Sequence record: OR637327.1
Origin: Klebsiella phage iPHaGe-KPN-11i
DNA: 64,000 nucleotides
Strand: one strand, 5' to 3'
Position numbers and translations under genes: made by a program
In this document: positions 22,742 through 32,298 of the stretch, one piece after another
Layout of the letters: every line of letters starts with the position of its first letter
How positions within the stretch are numbered: the first letter of the stretch is position 1
Notes under the pieces: generated by a model
What the model saw: only the letters and a program-made list of their open reading frames with translations
Database searches by the model: none
Told to the model about the DNA's origin: nothing

Positions 22742-22770
22742 AGCAAACAAAAAACCCCTGCCAAATGACA
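22742..22770 (-). terminator. intrinsic terminator between genes 6 and 7 (minus strand) plus late-promoter-like TATAAGTA
   Basis: The minus strand reads AACCCCTGTCATTTGGCAGGGGTTTTTTG, followed by ..GGATATAAGTAAAAC upstream of gene 7. Coordinates are approximate. Confidence 0.6.
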
Positions 22771-22781
22771 GGGGTTGTAAA

Positions 22782-24698
22782 TTATTGACTGATTGGATTC
22801 ATCGTCAACGTTGTATATTGAGGACGTAGATCGTTTTCAAATACAATCAGAGAACCATCACGGGTGAAAATGTTCTCTTCCAGAGGTGTACCAGTCAGTT
22901 CGATGTAAGCAGCGCTGAATCGCTCGGATGGAACGTTCAGGACACCAAGATCGAAACTAATGAAATCATTAAAATGTTCCACATAGCCGACTTCGTAATA
23001 TTTATCACGATCGGTTACTCCAGGATATTTATCAAAATCGTTTCCTGTATAGGCTGCGATACCGATATCACCGTTTTTGAATGGCCCGATAACCATTTTC
23101 GCGAGTCCGGTCGTGGTGTTCATATCTGTTGACGCATAGCGCACATCATACGAATCACCAGCAGCATTTGTGTACTTGAACCCATTCGAAACAACAGAAC
23201 GTGATTTCACCTGGTTTAAGAAGTGAATACCAGACATCGGGGCGCTGTAATAGTTATCCAGTTCACGCAATAGCTGAATAGTCGCAGAAGAACCAATGAT
23301 CGACACGTCCGCGTTATCAACATAAGTCAACATCTTGGATTTACTGAAAGATTTGTTGAAAATTTCAACGTTATCTGTGTAGTATCTGTCAATTTCATTG
23401 ATTACTTGACCACGCAACCATTCCTCAGACTCGATCAACTTACTGATATCATACGTTACTTTAACGCTTTGTACAATATACAGGTAGTTCGGGTCAAGGA
23501 TCGACGGCGTAATAGTCGCCAGGTTATACTTCGCCAGATAGTTTTGCATGTCCTCTTTTTGAACAGAGGTTAAGCGCAACCCTGATTTCGGTTTAACAGC
23601 GATGAACGCATAGCCAGGTTTTTCTTTATCAGTAAAGCACTGAACCGCCTGAATAACAGAACCGAAACGGTGAGACAGGAACGATTCATAATCCGATGCA
23701 GTAACACAACGGCGCTGTGTCTCACGCATAATAGGCGCGAGTTCACGAATACGTTCGATATCTTCCGGTTCACCACCACCATCAGCGCCTACATAGTCCG
23801 CTGAATCAGTCGGGTTCTCAACAATATTCGTAATGCTAATGTTTGTCAACGTATCCACGTAGACAAAGTTTTCAGCACCGTTTGCTTCTTCTCCGTTGGT
23901 TGAAATATATTCAATAACAACGGTTGAACCGTTTGCAGGTTTCAAGCCACCGATGTAATCCGCAGTCAGAGCACCACCTGCGACCTGTTGGCTGGTTTCG
24001 CCTTCACCAAAGTAAACTTCGGTATGTCCATCCACAGTTTCACGCATGTAGAAAATTGTTGATGCGCCCGTTGCGTTTACGATACTTTCGTTTGTCCAGT
24101 CATCCCATTGAGCGCCGTTGACAGTAACGCGAACCTGACTACGGTCGATGTTAGGATCTCGAATCAGGATCGTAGAACCATCAAAGATGACTTCGGTACG
24201 GACTAAACGCCCCTGTACGATGTTCAACATCGAAACATAGTTATTGTCTTTATCACGAACAATCACCACGTCATCGGATACGACGAACGGGAAACTGTTT
24301 GTTTCTTTCACTGTACCAATGAATTTCGTACCGCGTGGAATACGGATCGATGTCGGGTTCAGTGGGTTCTTCGCAGTGATCAGGATCGCAGTATTTGCAG
24401 CGGTACGGGAGTCCGGCATATAGCCCAAATCCTGAGCCTGTTGGACAACAGAACTACGCAATGCAGCGGTACGAATAAACGATTCGAACAGTGCGGTGTT
24501 ACTCATTTGCTGAATGTACAGTGTACAGTATGATAACAGATCCACAAGTACGTTCATGCGCGAGCCGGAGAAATCATAATCCTTGAATTCGTCCTGACCT
24601 CGGAGCCAGTTGATTAAGTCAGATTTGATTTCGTCAAAAGTAGCCCCGACAAAGATATCGGGGATCTGATTAATTTGCTTACGAGTTGTAGCCATCAT
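22782..24698 (-). CDS. gp6: baseplate wedge protein gp6
   Basis: Size (638 aa vs 660 in T4) and position between gp5.x and gp7. Confidence 0.85.
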   Translation of the reverse strand: MMATTRKQINQIPDIFVGATFDEIKSDLINWLRGQDEFKDYDFSGSRMNVLVDLLSYCTLYIQQMSNTALFESFIRTAALRSSVVQQAQDLGYMPDSRTAANTAILITAKNPLNPTSIRIPRGTKFIGTVKETNSFPFVVSDDVVIVRDKDNNYVSMLNIVQGRLVRTEVIFDGSTILIRDPNIDRSQVRVTVNGAQWDDWTNESIVNATGASTIFYMRETVDGHTEVYFGEGETSQQVAGGALTADYIGGLKPANGSTVVIEYISTNGEEANGAENFVYVDTLTNISITNIVENPTDSADYVGADGGGEPEDIERIRELAPIMRETQRRCVTASDYESFLSHRFGSVIQAVQCFTDKEKPGYAFIAVKPKSGLRLTSVQKEDMQNYLAKYNLATITPSILDPNYLYIVQSVKVTYDISKLIESEEWLRGQVINEIDRYYTDNVEIFNKSFSKSKMLTYVDNADVSIIGSSATIQLLRELDNYYSAPMSGIHFLNQVKSRSVVSNGFKYTNAAGDSYDVRYASTDMNTTTGLAKMVIGPFKNGDIGIAAYTGNDFDKYPGVTDRDKYYEVGYVEHFNDFISFDLGVLNVPSERFSAAYIELTGTPLEENIFTRDGSLIVFENDLRPQYTTLTMNPISQ

Positions 24699-25372
24699 GG
24701 TTTCCTATATTTGCAGTTGTCGAAATGAAACCTCACCATATTTCCTTTGCTGTTACTTTCTAACCCGCAATATGGACATTTGATGATTGGCTGATTTTTA
24801 ATAGCCTCACTAAGTTTCTTTCTTTTTTCGATTGATGGAGAAGGTAACTTTTTACCCAGAGTAGGAGGTGTTTGTCTCTTCCGTGACTCAGACATTTTCT
24901 GTTTCGTCTCCTGAGTATGTTTATATCCTTTCTTCGATTCAGACATTTTCTGTTTCGTTTCCTGAGTATGCGTTTTCCCTTTACGTCCTTCAGCTATGCG
25001 TTTTCTTCGTTGTTCTGTACAAGGCTTTCCGTATAATGGATGTAATTTCCCAGAAAACAATATACTTCTTTCATTGGCTACCCGTTTTTTGGCTAACTCA
25101 TATATTCGAGAAGTAGGGACAACGCCTTTCGCGCTACTTGATCCACGCCCACACATCATAGCAACAGCAAACCACATCTTACCACCATGTATACGAGCGA
25201 GTAAAAGATGCGCAACGAAATGTTCTCTCGCTGTCAAATACACCATATTATCAAAATCATCACTACCGCCCATAGATTTAGGAATGATGTGATGATGTTC
25301 CTTATATCCGTCTTTAAGCGGAGTTTTCCTCCGCTTATCTATAAGAGCTTTATATATCCTATCGTAATTCAT
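24695..25372 (-). CDS. free-standing HNH homing endonuclease with tandem NUMOD3 DNA-binding repeats
   Basis: It has the HNH core (EHHHIIPKSMGG...FDNMVYLTAREH) and two near-identical repeats (KTHTQETKQKMSESKKG / KHTQETKQKMSESRKR). It is inserted between gene 6 and the gene-5 region, and its stop overlaps the gp6 start. Confidence 0.85.
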   Translation of the reverse strand: MNYDRIYKALIDKRRKTPLKDGYKEHHHIIPKSMGGSDDFDNMVYLTAREHFVAHLLLARIHGGKMWFAVAMMCGRGSSSAKGVVPTSRIYELAKKRVANERSILFSGKLHPLYGKPCTEQRRKRIAEGRKGKTHTQETKQKMSESKKGYKHTQETKQKMSESRKRQTPPTLGKKLPSPSIEKRKKLSEAIKNQPIIKCPYCGLESNSKGNMVRFHFDNCKYRKP

Positions 25373-25395
25373 TATTACCCCTCGTTATCGGGTAT

Positions 25396-27483
25396 TTAGT
25401 ATTGAACCATAGGGACGCAAACACTAATTGAACCGAATGTGATCGCGAGTCCGATTAATGACAATAATTTGTTTACGTATTGAGTTACCTTACTTAGAGC
25501 AAGCGTACAAATCTGGTTATAAATCACCTTGCATGTGTCCTTAAACGAGCGGGAACTGTCAACAAAGTTTTTATATAGCGATTGTGCGCCCGTCAGCGCG
25601 TTCTCATACGTTTTTAACAGGTCATCGAATGCAACCCCACAGTAACCTAAGAACTGGTTAATCTGAGCCATTACAGGCAGTTTCTTGAGTTCATCCATTG
25701 CCATGCTGTAGGTGTCTTTCATCCCATTTTGCAGATTAGCAATCTGTGCTTTGATTCCCTCATATGCGGCCTTAGTCGCATTCACAGCAGCGTTAGCGGC
25801 ATCAAGTGCAGCCTGATAAGCAGCAGTCGTTGCTTCCTTTACAGGTTCCCACATCCAGTTTAGGTACTGATCGAATTTACGTTTAATCGAATCCCTTTCC
25901 TGTGTCTGTGCTTTCAGGGTTTTGAATAATTCTTGTCCCTGATCATACAGTGCGGAGATCTGCGCATAGGATGCGTCAATGAACGCTTTCACTTTCGCTT
26001 GTGCTTGCTGATACAGATCCATTGCTGTAAACCCTGGGAAGTTACCGCCCAGAATCACATCAAGAGGTTTAATCTGTTTCATGATGTTACGGATAGCCAG
26101 CACCGCAGACCAAAGCGGGTTTGGTGTTTCTGGAGGCATTGACCAGATCTGCATCATGCGCCCGTACAAATCTACCAAAGCAACGCAACCGTTTTGGAAC
26201 ATAGTCAAACACCAGTCAAATAACGCGCTACAAGCGTCTACAAGGTCGCGAGCGCCAGCCTTGACATATTCAACGGCGTAGTTGTAAGAACTGCCTATAG
26301 CCCCGTATATTGCGTTTATGACGCTTTCATACGTCTGTGCGCCGGAATCAATCAGAGCCTGGAAAGAATCTTTCAGGGATTGAACCGAACTATCACCAAA
26401 CACCAGATCGTAAATGTTGATCGCAACACCCATGATCGCAACAGTCGGGAGGAAATTCTTGATCAAATCCCACGCCCCGCCCACGATGTTAAACGCAGAG
26501 CTAATGATCTGTCGGAATACCTTCATTGCGGTTTGCCATGCTTGCTGTGACAATGCAAGAGCACCCGCTGTGATTTCTTCCATCCCGATCGAAAGCCCGT
26601 CAAACATCGTCGCAATGCCCTTACCGTTCTTAATCGTACCCGTCAGCATATCAAAAGCCAGCTTGAACGTTTTACGAGTCTCGTTCCACGCAGACAGCAT
26701 AGCATCACTGATATTTGTATACGGGAACCCTACGGTCGCCGGAATACAGCCCAATCCAGAACGAGCAGAAAATAATCTGGCTTCACTCGGTAGCGCCCCA
26801 TACGTTGACGGGAGAGCAGGAGGAACCGGAGGAATGCTGGTATCTGCGTTCGTGTTTACTGACATCCCTGTATATTTGCACTGGTGCGCGGGGGATTCGT
26901 CGTGTTTCATGTACGCAATACGATTACCATTCCAGTAATAATCAATGCTGGTAAACGCGCCTGTAGTCTGATTGTATACCTGTCGGATTCGCTGATCGCA
27001 ACGGGGACCAGAAGTCAGCAAATAACCACCGGAGTTTTCCACCTTGTACATCGCGAGTTCGCCAGGGTTCTTGAACAGATTCGCTTTTGACAGATCCGCC
27101 CCATACCAGTCATTACCCGCGAGCTTAGTAGCCCCGATAGATTCGATATAGGCATCAATATCCGCTTGAGTGGCGAAATAATAACCAATCTTCGTAACCA
27201 AAATGTCAGTAGAAACTCCAGGGCTTCCATCTGGATTTGTGGGTACGTTTGGAGAGTTCACCACCGGAAGCGGATCGCTTTTCTGCCCGAAAGGGGAACT
27301 CATATACAGGTGAGTTCCGATCGGGATGATTTCGGTCGCCCATTCTACCCCAACAGCGGGGTAATTTTCTGTGTGTCCCTGCCAGATAACGCGTCGGTAA
27401 TATCCAGCGGGGATCTCAGCATCGCAAGGATGCTGAAAATTTTGCATAATCCCATCAATGATGGTTTCATAATCCATGATCAT
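25396..27483 (-). CDS. 695-aa protein of unknown function in the gp5.4 (spike-tip) position; helical C-terminal half with hydrophobic/TM-like helices
   Basis: It starts 3 nt after the gene-5 stop (ATGATCATGA overlap). I recognise no T4 homologue, and it has no PAAR-like G/A-rich repeats. The C-terminal ~450 aa is A/Q/L-rich and predicted alpha-helical, with hydrophobic stretches (PTVAIMGVAINIYDLVF, LLSLIGLAITFGSISVCVPMV). Confidence 0.75.
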   Translation of the reverse strand: MIMDYETIIDGIMQNFQHPCDAEIPAGYYRRVIWQGHTENYPAVGVEWATEIIPIGTHLYMSSPFGQKSDPLPVVNSPNVPTNPDGSPGVSTDILVTKIGYYFATQADIDAYIESIGATKLAGNDWYGADLSKANLFKNPGELAMYKVENSGGYLLTSGPRCDQRIRQVYNQTTGAFTSIDYYWNGNRIAYMKHDESPAHQCKYTGMSVNTNADTSIPPVPPALPSTYGALPSEARLFSARSGLGCIPATVGFPYTNISDAMLSAWNETRKTFKLAFDMLTGTIKNGKGIATMFDGLSIGMEEITAGALALSQQAWQTAMKVFRQIISSAFNIVGGAWDLIKNFLPTVAIMGVAINIYDLVFGDSSVQSLKDSFQALIDSGAQTYESVINAIYGAIGSSYNYAVEYVKAGARDLVDACSALFDWCLTMFQNGCVALVDLYGRMMQIWSMPPETPNPLWSAVLAIRNIMKQIKPLDVILGGNFPGFTAMDLYQQAQAKVKAFIDASYAQISALYDQGQELFKTLKAQTQERDSIKRKFDQYLNWMWEPVKEATTAAYQAALDAANAAVNATKAAYEGIKAQIANLQNGMKDTYSMAMDELKKLPVMAQINQFLGYCGVAFDDLLKTYENALTGAQSLYKNFVDSSRSFKDTCKVIYNQICTLALSKVTQYVNKLLSLIGLAITFGSISVCVPMVQY

Positions 27484-27485
27484 GA

Positions 27486-29252
27486 TTAACCTACCTGGAC
27501 TGTTCCGCCAGTGATCTTAGTCAGTGCGCCGGAATCAATGAAAGTATTATTCGATGCTCGCATGTTGATATTACGTGCGCCAATATCCAAATCTTGCTCA
27601 ATATCAATCAGAGCATTTTTTGCGGTAATTGTTGCATCCTCAGTTACGGCAACGGTTGCATTCTGTTTAACGTTAGCCATTAAATTCTGATTCACGTTTA
27701 CGGTTGCATCTTTTTCAACGGTTAATTCTGCGTTGCCTTTAATCAGCCCCACATATTCACCTTCAACGGTTTGATTCACGTTACCGCGCACGAACTCGGT
27801 CACGTTACCATCAACGGTCTGTTGAACGTTACCCATATTGTAAATGAATGCGTCACCTTCGATAACGACCTGTAAATTACCCTTGACGTTTAATTTACGG
27901 CCCTGCATGACGATTTGATAATCATCACCGACAATTTTAACAACACGGGTTCCATCAGGGCGAATTTCTTCGTATGATCCTGCTGGGTGAACACGGTTAT
28001 AACGTTCAAAGCCTGGGGTATCGTCGAATTCCTGAATGTGTCCAGAACGCGATTCAAATACCATGTTATATGGATATTCAGCGTTGTATGCTGATTTAGG
28101 TTCTTCGAACATTACGCGAGTATCACCAGGAACAAACGGATCTTCTGGGTTGCTTGCTTGCAGAACTACCCCATTATAAGCAGCACTTAGCGATCGCCCT
28201 TCTGGATCTGGAACCTGAACACCATATGATTCAAGGTTGCCCGTCAGCACGATTTTAGATACGCGTGAAGAACGTCCTGGTGTCTGGTTAGCCCATGTTG
28301 AGTTTCGCAGTTCGTTATATGCGGTTTGCCAGTCCTGACGCTTCATAGCAGCCAGAGCTTTCGTAAATTTCGCGACACCACCAACACCCATCTGGAATGA
28401 CATATTTTCGATTGCCATTTGACGAGGACGGTTTAGCGTCACATACACTTCCCGAACTTTGCTATTATTCTGAATATCGTTATGAACTTTAGCTAAATCC
28501 TGCTGAAATAAAACACTCGCTTCATCAGCAGTGATTGATCCAGGAACACCAGTAACCGTTCTGCCAATTTGTCTAGATAACGCAGCGTTAACAACTGCTG
28601 GGTCTGTTCCTTGTGGTGCGGTCAAGAAAAAGTGTCCGATCCCGATGGTATAACCTTTAACATCATAATACCACGTCAATCTAATACCTTCATCACCACG
28701 GATCATTTTTTCTATCGTAAACCCACCAGTATCAGGTCGGTTATCTTCTGGAATCTCGTCCAATGGGCGATCGTCTGGGTTGACTGCTAATGAACTGTTT
28801 GCATCACGGATAGTGACGCTCGAAGAACCGCGCCCTTCTGCGCCACCGCGAGCCAGAACGTTAACATCGTTACCCACATAACGAGGATACTCACCAAACG
28901 GGTCACAGAAACCTTTCTGGGTGTCCGGTTTCTCTCGGTACTCACCAGCAAAGGTTCCCAGTATAACGCCGTCCTGGTGCCATTTATCGCGCCAGTAACC
29001 GATAACGAAACTACCGCGCGTGATACCAGTCGGAGAAAAACCAACACCGGAAATAGCGGCGCTGCGAATATCCTGAATAGGCATCATCCACGGCAATTCC
29101 TCAACCGGAATACCGATAGTTTCAGATTTTTGTTTCTGTGCCGGATGCTCACCAAATACACGCACCTGAACACGCCCCAGTAGACGAGGATCATCAACGT
29201 TTTCGACCACCCCCTCAAAGAAAGGGGAATGCATATTTCCACCGAATTTCAT
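27486..29252 (-). CDS. gp5: baseplate hub / cell-puncturing device with lysozyme domain gp5
   Basis: The N-terminal OB domain (FEGVVENVDDPRLLGRVQVRVFGEHP) matches T4 FVGVVEDVMDPSLIGRVRIRVVGLHP. There is a T4-lysozyme-like middle domain (DEGIRLTWYYDVKGYTIGIGHF) and a C-terminal beta-helix of VxGNxxxxV repeats. Confidence 0.93.
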   Translation of the reverse strand: MKFGGNMHSPFFEGVVENVDDPRLLGRVQVRVFGEHPAQKQKSETIGIPVEELPWMMPIQDIRSAAISGVGFSPTGITRGSFVIGYWRDKWHQDGVILGTFAGEYREKPDTQKGFCDPFGEYPRYVGNDVNVLARGGAEGRGSSSVTIRDANSSLAVNPDDRPLDEIPEDNRPDTGGFTIEKMIRGDEGIRLTWYYDVKGYTIGIGHFFLTAPQGTDPAVVNAALSRQIGRTVTGVPGSITADEASVLFQQDLAKVHNDIQNNSKVREVYVTLNRPRQMAIENMSFQMGVGGVAKFTKALAAMKRQDWQTAYNELRNSTWANQTPGRSSRVSKIVLTGNLESYGVQVPDPEGRSLSAAYNGVVLQASNPEDPFVPGDTRVMFEEPKSAYNAEYPYNMVFESRSGHIQEFDDTPGFERYNRVHPAGSYEEIRPDGTRVVKIVGDDYQIVMQGRKLNVKGNLQVVIEGDAFIYNMGNVQQTVDGNVTEFVRGNVNQTVEGEYVGLIKGNAELTVEKDATVNVNQNLMANVKQNATVAVTEDATITAKNALIDIEQDLDIGARNINMRASNNTFIDSGALTKITGGTVQVG

Positions 29253-29803
29253 AGATTCGCCTTTTCCATTTCCTTGATATAATCGCTTACGAACGATTGA
29301 ATATCAGAGGGGTTAATAATCTTGATGGTTCGTTTTGCTTCATTTTGAAGCACTGCATCTTCATAAATATCTACAGGGACTAATGTTCCCTGGTACTGCA
29401 AATAACGCATGTTCTTATCGCCTTTGTCATACCAATGACCGGGATTCGTAGGGTCTTCAACCAAATTGTAATAACGGTTGCCCTTACCATCCATATGATA
29501 AAGAACTTGTTCACCACCTGCTTTTGAATAACGCTGGATAGCGCATTGATAAGCCGTTTCCTGATCGGTAATCCATCCGTAAAACGGATCGTAATTATCG
29601 TTAAGCATCAGGATAACCCAGTAGTATTGCTGGTTTCCGTATAGCGTTTCCGCTAATTGTTCGGGTCTTAATGAACCTGTCAGTTGATATGTACGTGGCT
29701 TATAATTCCTGATCACGCGGTTAAAGTAAAAACGATAATCGCGGTAGATATCAGTAGTTGGTGTGCCTTTGTAATCAACTGGTGGAAAGAACGAAAATAA
29801 CAT
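29249..29803 (-). CDS. gp53: baseplate wedge protein gp53
   Basis: MLFSFFPPVDY...RTYQLTGSLRPEQLAETLYGNQQYYWVILMLNDNYDPFYGWIT is similar to T4 gp53. Confidence 0.9.
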   Translation of the reverse strand: MLFSFFPPVDYKGTPTTDIYRDYRFYFNRVIRNYKPRTYQLTGSLRPEQLAETLYGNQQYYWVILMLNDNYDPFYGWITDQETAYQCAIQRYSKAGGEQVLYHMDGKGNRYYNLVEDPTNPGHWYDKGDKNMRYLQYQGTLVPVDIYEDAVLQNEAKRTIKIINPSDIQSFVSDYIKEMEKANL

Positions 29804-29846
29804 TGTAATTTCCCCTATCTAATGTTTACTATATTTAGGATCTAAA

Positions 29847-30314
29847 ATGGCTGGAAGACAGACATACAAGGGGTCTTTTATGCCCCAGAACATACAGAAA
29901 TATAAGGGAGACCCGCGAAAGATAACGTATCGTTCAAGCTGGGAAAAATATATTATGAACTGGCTTGATAAAAACCCGCATGTGAAACGCTGGAACAGTG
30001 AAGAGGTTGTGATCCCTTATTTCAGCAACGCAGACGGAAAGCGACGGCGCTACTTCATGGATTTCTATGTTGAAATGGATAACGGTGTGACCTACCTTTG
30101 GGAAGTCAAACCGATGAAAGAAACGTTGCCCCCACCTAAGCCAGCGAACAACAACGTTCACAACAAAAAGAAATTTGTTGATGCGCTGTATACTTATGCG
30201 GTAAACATTGACAAATGGAAAGCCGCGAATGCAGCAGCAAAACAAAAGGGCTGGGAGTTCAAGATCATCACAGAGGACACATTGAAACGTGTGTTCGGAT
30301 GGAAAGGGCAATAA
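29847..30314 (+). CDS. gp4: head completion protein gp4
   Basis: The MAGRQTYKG start, the ~150 aa size and the position divergent from gene 53 match T4 gene 4 (gp50/65-family head completion protein). Confidence 0.75.
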   Translation: MAGRQTYKGSFMPQNIQKYKGDPRKITYRSSWEKYIMNWLDKNPHVKRWNSEEVVIPYFSNADGKRRRYFMDFYVEMDNGVTYLWEVKPMKETLPPPKPANNNVHNKKKFVDALYTYAVNIDKWKAANAAAKQKGWEFKIITEDTLKRVFGWKGQ

Positions 30315-30317
30315 ATA
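30310..30317 (+). promoter_or_regulatory. late-promoter-like AATAAATA box upstream of gene 2
   Basis: GGGCAATAAATACCCTAAACGGAGGGAATTATG is 7/8 to TATAAATA and lies about 20 nt upstream of the ATG. Confidence 0.4.
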
Positions 30318-30335
30318 CCCTAAACGGAGGGAATT

Positions 30336-31190
30336 ATGAGTTTTATTTTTGAGTTCGAGATCATCGCAGAAGAAGACAAGCCAAAACCGCCACCGAAGCG
30401 AAAGCTGGGTGAATGGGTTGAACTTGGTATCAAATTCCGACGCGCAAAATTAAAAGGCATGACAGCCAAAAAGTTCGCGGACGAAAACGGGATTGCATAC
30501 GCAACGTTCACAAAGTCTATGCACCGCTACAAGCAGCAGATTGATGATGAAATCGAACGCCGTACAGCAGAAACCGAAGCCCGACGCAAACGTAACGACT
30601 ATCGCAAAAAACACGCGGTTGATATCGTAAACGATTTCCGAAACAGTTTGAAGAAAATGACTGTTGGTGTAACCGCTGCGAAACGTCAGAAGGATTCGAC
30701 CGATTGGTTTGGTGATTTCATCAAAACCAGCATTAAGACGCACAGGGTTGCGAAACCAGCAACGGGTCGCTTGTATACGTTCATCTACGATGCGAAATAC
30801 AAAGACACCCTGCCATACTGGGATCGGTTCCCGCTGATCATTTTCCTGGGTTCAGGACGTTCGAAAGCGGGTAACTTGGTTCTTTACGGGCTGAACTTGC
30901 ACTATGCGCCACCGCGAGCACGTCAAGAGTTTTTAGAAGAACTCCTGAAACGTGGCTACGGATCAACAGATCGACTTTCTAACAAAACCAGACTGAAAAT
31001 CAACTGGAACAACGTGAAGGGAATGCGCGGGGCTGATCAAATGATCAAAGCCTATCTGCCAGCCCATCTACGTTCACCACTTGCAGAGATCGCCCCAAAA
31101 GATTGGGCGAAAGCAGTTTGGTTGCCTACACAGGCTTTCCAGTCCAAAGGAAAACCATACAGCGCGAAGAAAGTTTGGAACAGATATTAA
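30336..31190 (+). CDS. gp2: DNA end-protector protein gp2
   Basis: Position between genes 4 and 3, the size (284 vs 274 aa) and a basic N-terminal region match T4 gp2. Confidence 0.75.
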   Translation: MSFIFEFEIIAEEDKPKPPPKRKLGEWVELGIKFRRAKLKGMTAKKFADENGIAYATFTKSMHRYKQQIDDEIERRTAETEARRKRNDYRKKHAVDIVNDFRNSLKKMTVGVTAAKRQKDSTDWFGDFIKTSIKTHRVAKPATGRLYTFIYDAKYKDTLPYWDRFPLIIFLGSGRSKAGNLVLYGLNLHYAPPRARQEFLEELLKRGYGSTDRLSNKTRLKINWNNVKGMRGADQMIKAYLPAHLRSPLAEIAPKDWAKAVWLPTQAFQSKGKPYSAKKVWNRY

Positions 31191-31191
31191 C

Positions 31192-31230
31192 AAAAAAGCC
31201 CCAACCGAAAGGAAGGGGCTTTATTTTTAC
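31192..31230. terminator. bidirectional intrinsic terminator between convergent gene 2 (+) and ORF 31227-32018 (-)
   Basis: AAAAAAGCCCC-AACCGAAAGGAA-GGGGCTTTATTTTT has an A-run upstream and a T-run downstream of a GC hairpin. Confidence 0.7.
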
Positions 31231-32018
31231 AGGATACTCACGATTTCCGCGAGTTTGCCAGGGGTTGCGCCAGGTCGAACCTTCATCGCATCTTTCAGGT
31301 TTTTATCAACCATCTTTTCTGCGTCTTTTTCGTTAAACCCACGTTTCACCAACACAGCAATAACTTTTTCGCGAATACCTTTAGCGGCTTCGTTCAAATC
31401 TTCTGATTCAGCTAGAACCAGTTTAGACAGAACATCACCTTTATATTCCTGGGTAAAGCGTTTACCCGATACCAGACGAGGCTTACCAGAGGCATCTACA
31501 ACCGTAAACACGGCGTATTCGCCTGTAGCTTTGGTTTTGGTACGTCCGGTATACAACAAACACATATCGTTGCATGGGAGCTTGTACACCTTTCCTTTCA
31601 CCAGTGCTTCATCCAGAGGCAGATCAATTTCGAAATCTTCCGCCAACTGATTATACAGATCCAGATTTTCTTCGGCTTCTTTGTACAGGGAAGCGCCTTT
31701 GAATTTCAGCGGCTTGTCAAATTTAAGGTCATCAGCAGGATCACCGCTGTAGAATGAAACAGTGCCTTTCGCCCAGTCAATATACGCTGCCTGGGTTTTT
31801 CCAGTGGTTTTACCTTTCAGGCGGACAACACCTTTACCGAAGTAAGCGAGATCGTGGGAATCCGGCGCATATACATCGTAATCAGCACCGTGAGCAAAAT
31901 GCAGGAAACCGATCTGACCTTTTGATGGGGCAACGCCATTGCGATCAACAAGTTCAACGGTCTTAGCAAATTTTTTGTTCTGAACAGATTCAGAAAGAAG
32001 TTCTTTGAATGATTTCAT
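31227..32018 (-). CDS. hypothetical protein (263 aa), reverse-oriented insertion between T4 genes 2 and 3
   Basis: It is a long ORF on the strand opposite its neighbours, with an AAAGAG SD 8 nt before the ATG at 32018. The table ORF starts earlier, at 32075. It has no recognisable family, and its C-terminus is K/E-rich. Confidence 0.6.
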   Translation of the reverse strand: MKSFKELLSESVQNKKFAKTVELVDRNGVAPSKGQIGFLHFAHGADYDVYAPDSHDLAYFGKGVVRLKGKTTGKTQAAYIDWAKGTVSFYSGDPADDLKFDKPLKFKGASLYKEAEENLDLYNQLAEDFEIDLPLDEALVKGKVYKLPCNDMCLLYTGRTKTKATGEYAVFTVVDASGKPRLVSGKRFTQEYKGDVLSKLVLAESEDLNEAAKGIREKVIAVLVKRGFNEKDAEKMVDKNLKDAMKVRPGATPGKLAEIVSIL

Positions 32019-32093
32019 GTTTTCAATCTCTTTTGAAAGTATGGGTATGATATACCTATTTATTGAATAGATCAACTAAATTATTCAAGGTTA

Positions 32094-32264
32094 CGAGCGA
32101 AGCGAGTTCCGTCAAGCGAAGCGAAGACGGATAGTTAACAACTGTTCAAAAACTAGTCTAAAAACTACAGTTTTCTCTATATATAAAATATAAAAATATA
32201 ATAATGTAGTTCTGTAGTTTAGTTACCCAACACTCACTTCGTTCGTGTGTTCGCTTCGCTCACG
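32094..32264. repeat. imperfect long inverted repeat (GAGCGAAGCGA.../...TCGCTTCGCTC and AAAACTACAG/CTGTAGTTT) flanking a ~30-bp pure A/T core
   Basis: CGAGCGAAGCGAG and CAAGCGAAGCGAAG lie at 32094-32126, and their reverse complement GTTCGCTTCGCTCACG at 32249-32264. A nested pair AAAACTACAG (32161) / CTGTAGTTT (32212) surrounds the core TCTATATATAAAATATAAAAATATAATAATG. Confidence 0.7.
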
Positions 32265-32298
32265 GTCTAACCTAAATATCTATAAAATGGAGATCATC

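Noticed and set aside
26414-26938. 174-aa plus-strand ORF inside the 695-aa gene
   Set aside because: It is antisense to a long ORF with good start context, and the compact minus-strand operon leaves no promoter for it.
31081-31650. 189-aa plus-strand ORF overlapping the gene-2 end and the reverse ORF
   Set aside because: It runs through the bidirectional terminator and is antisense to the 263-aa ORF, and its Ser/Arg-rich low-complexity translation argues against it.
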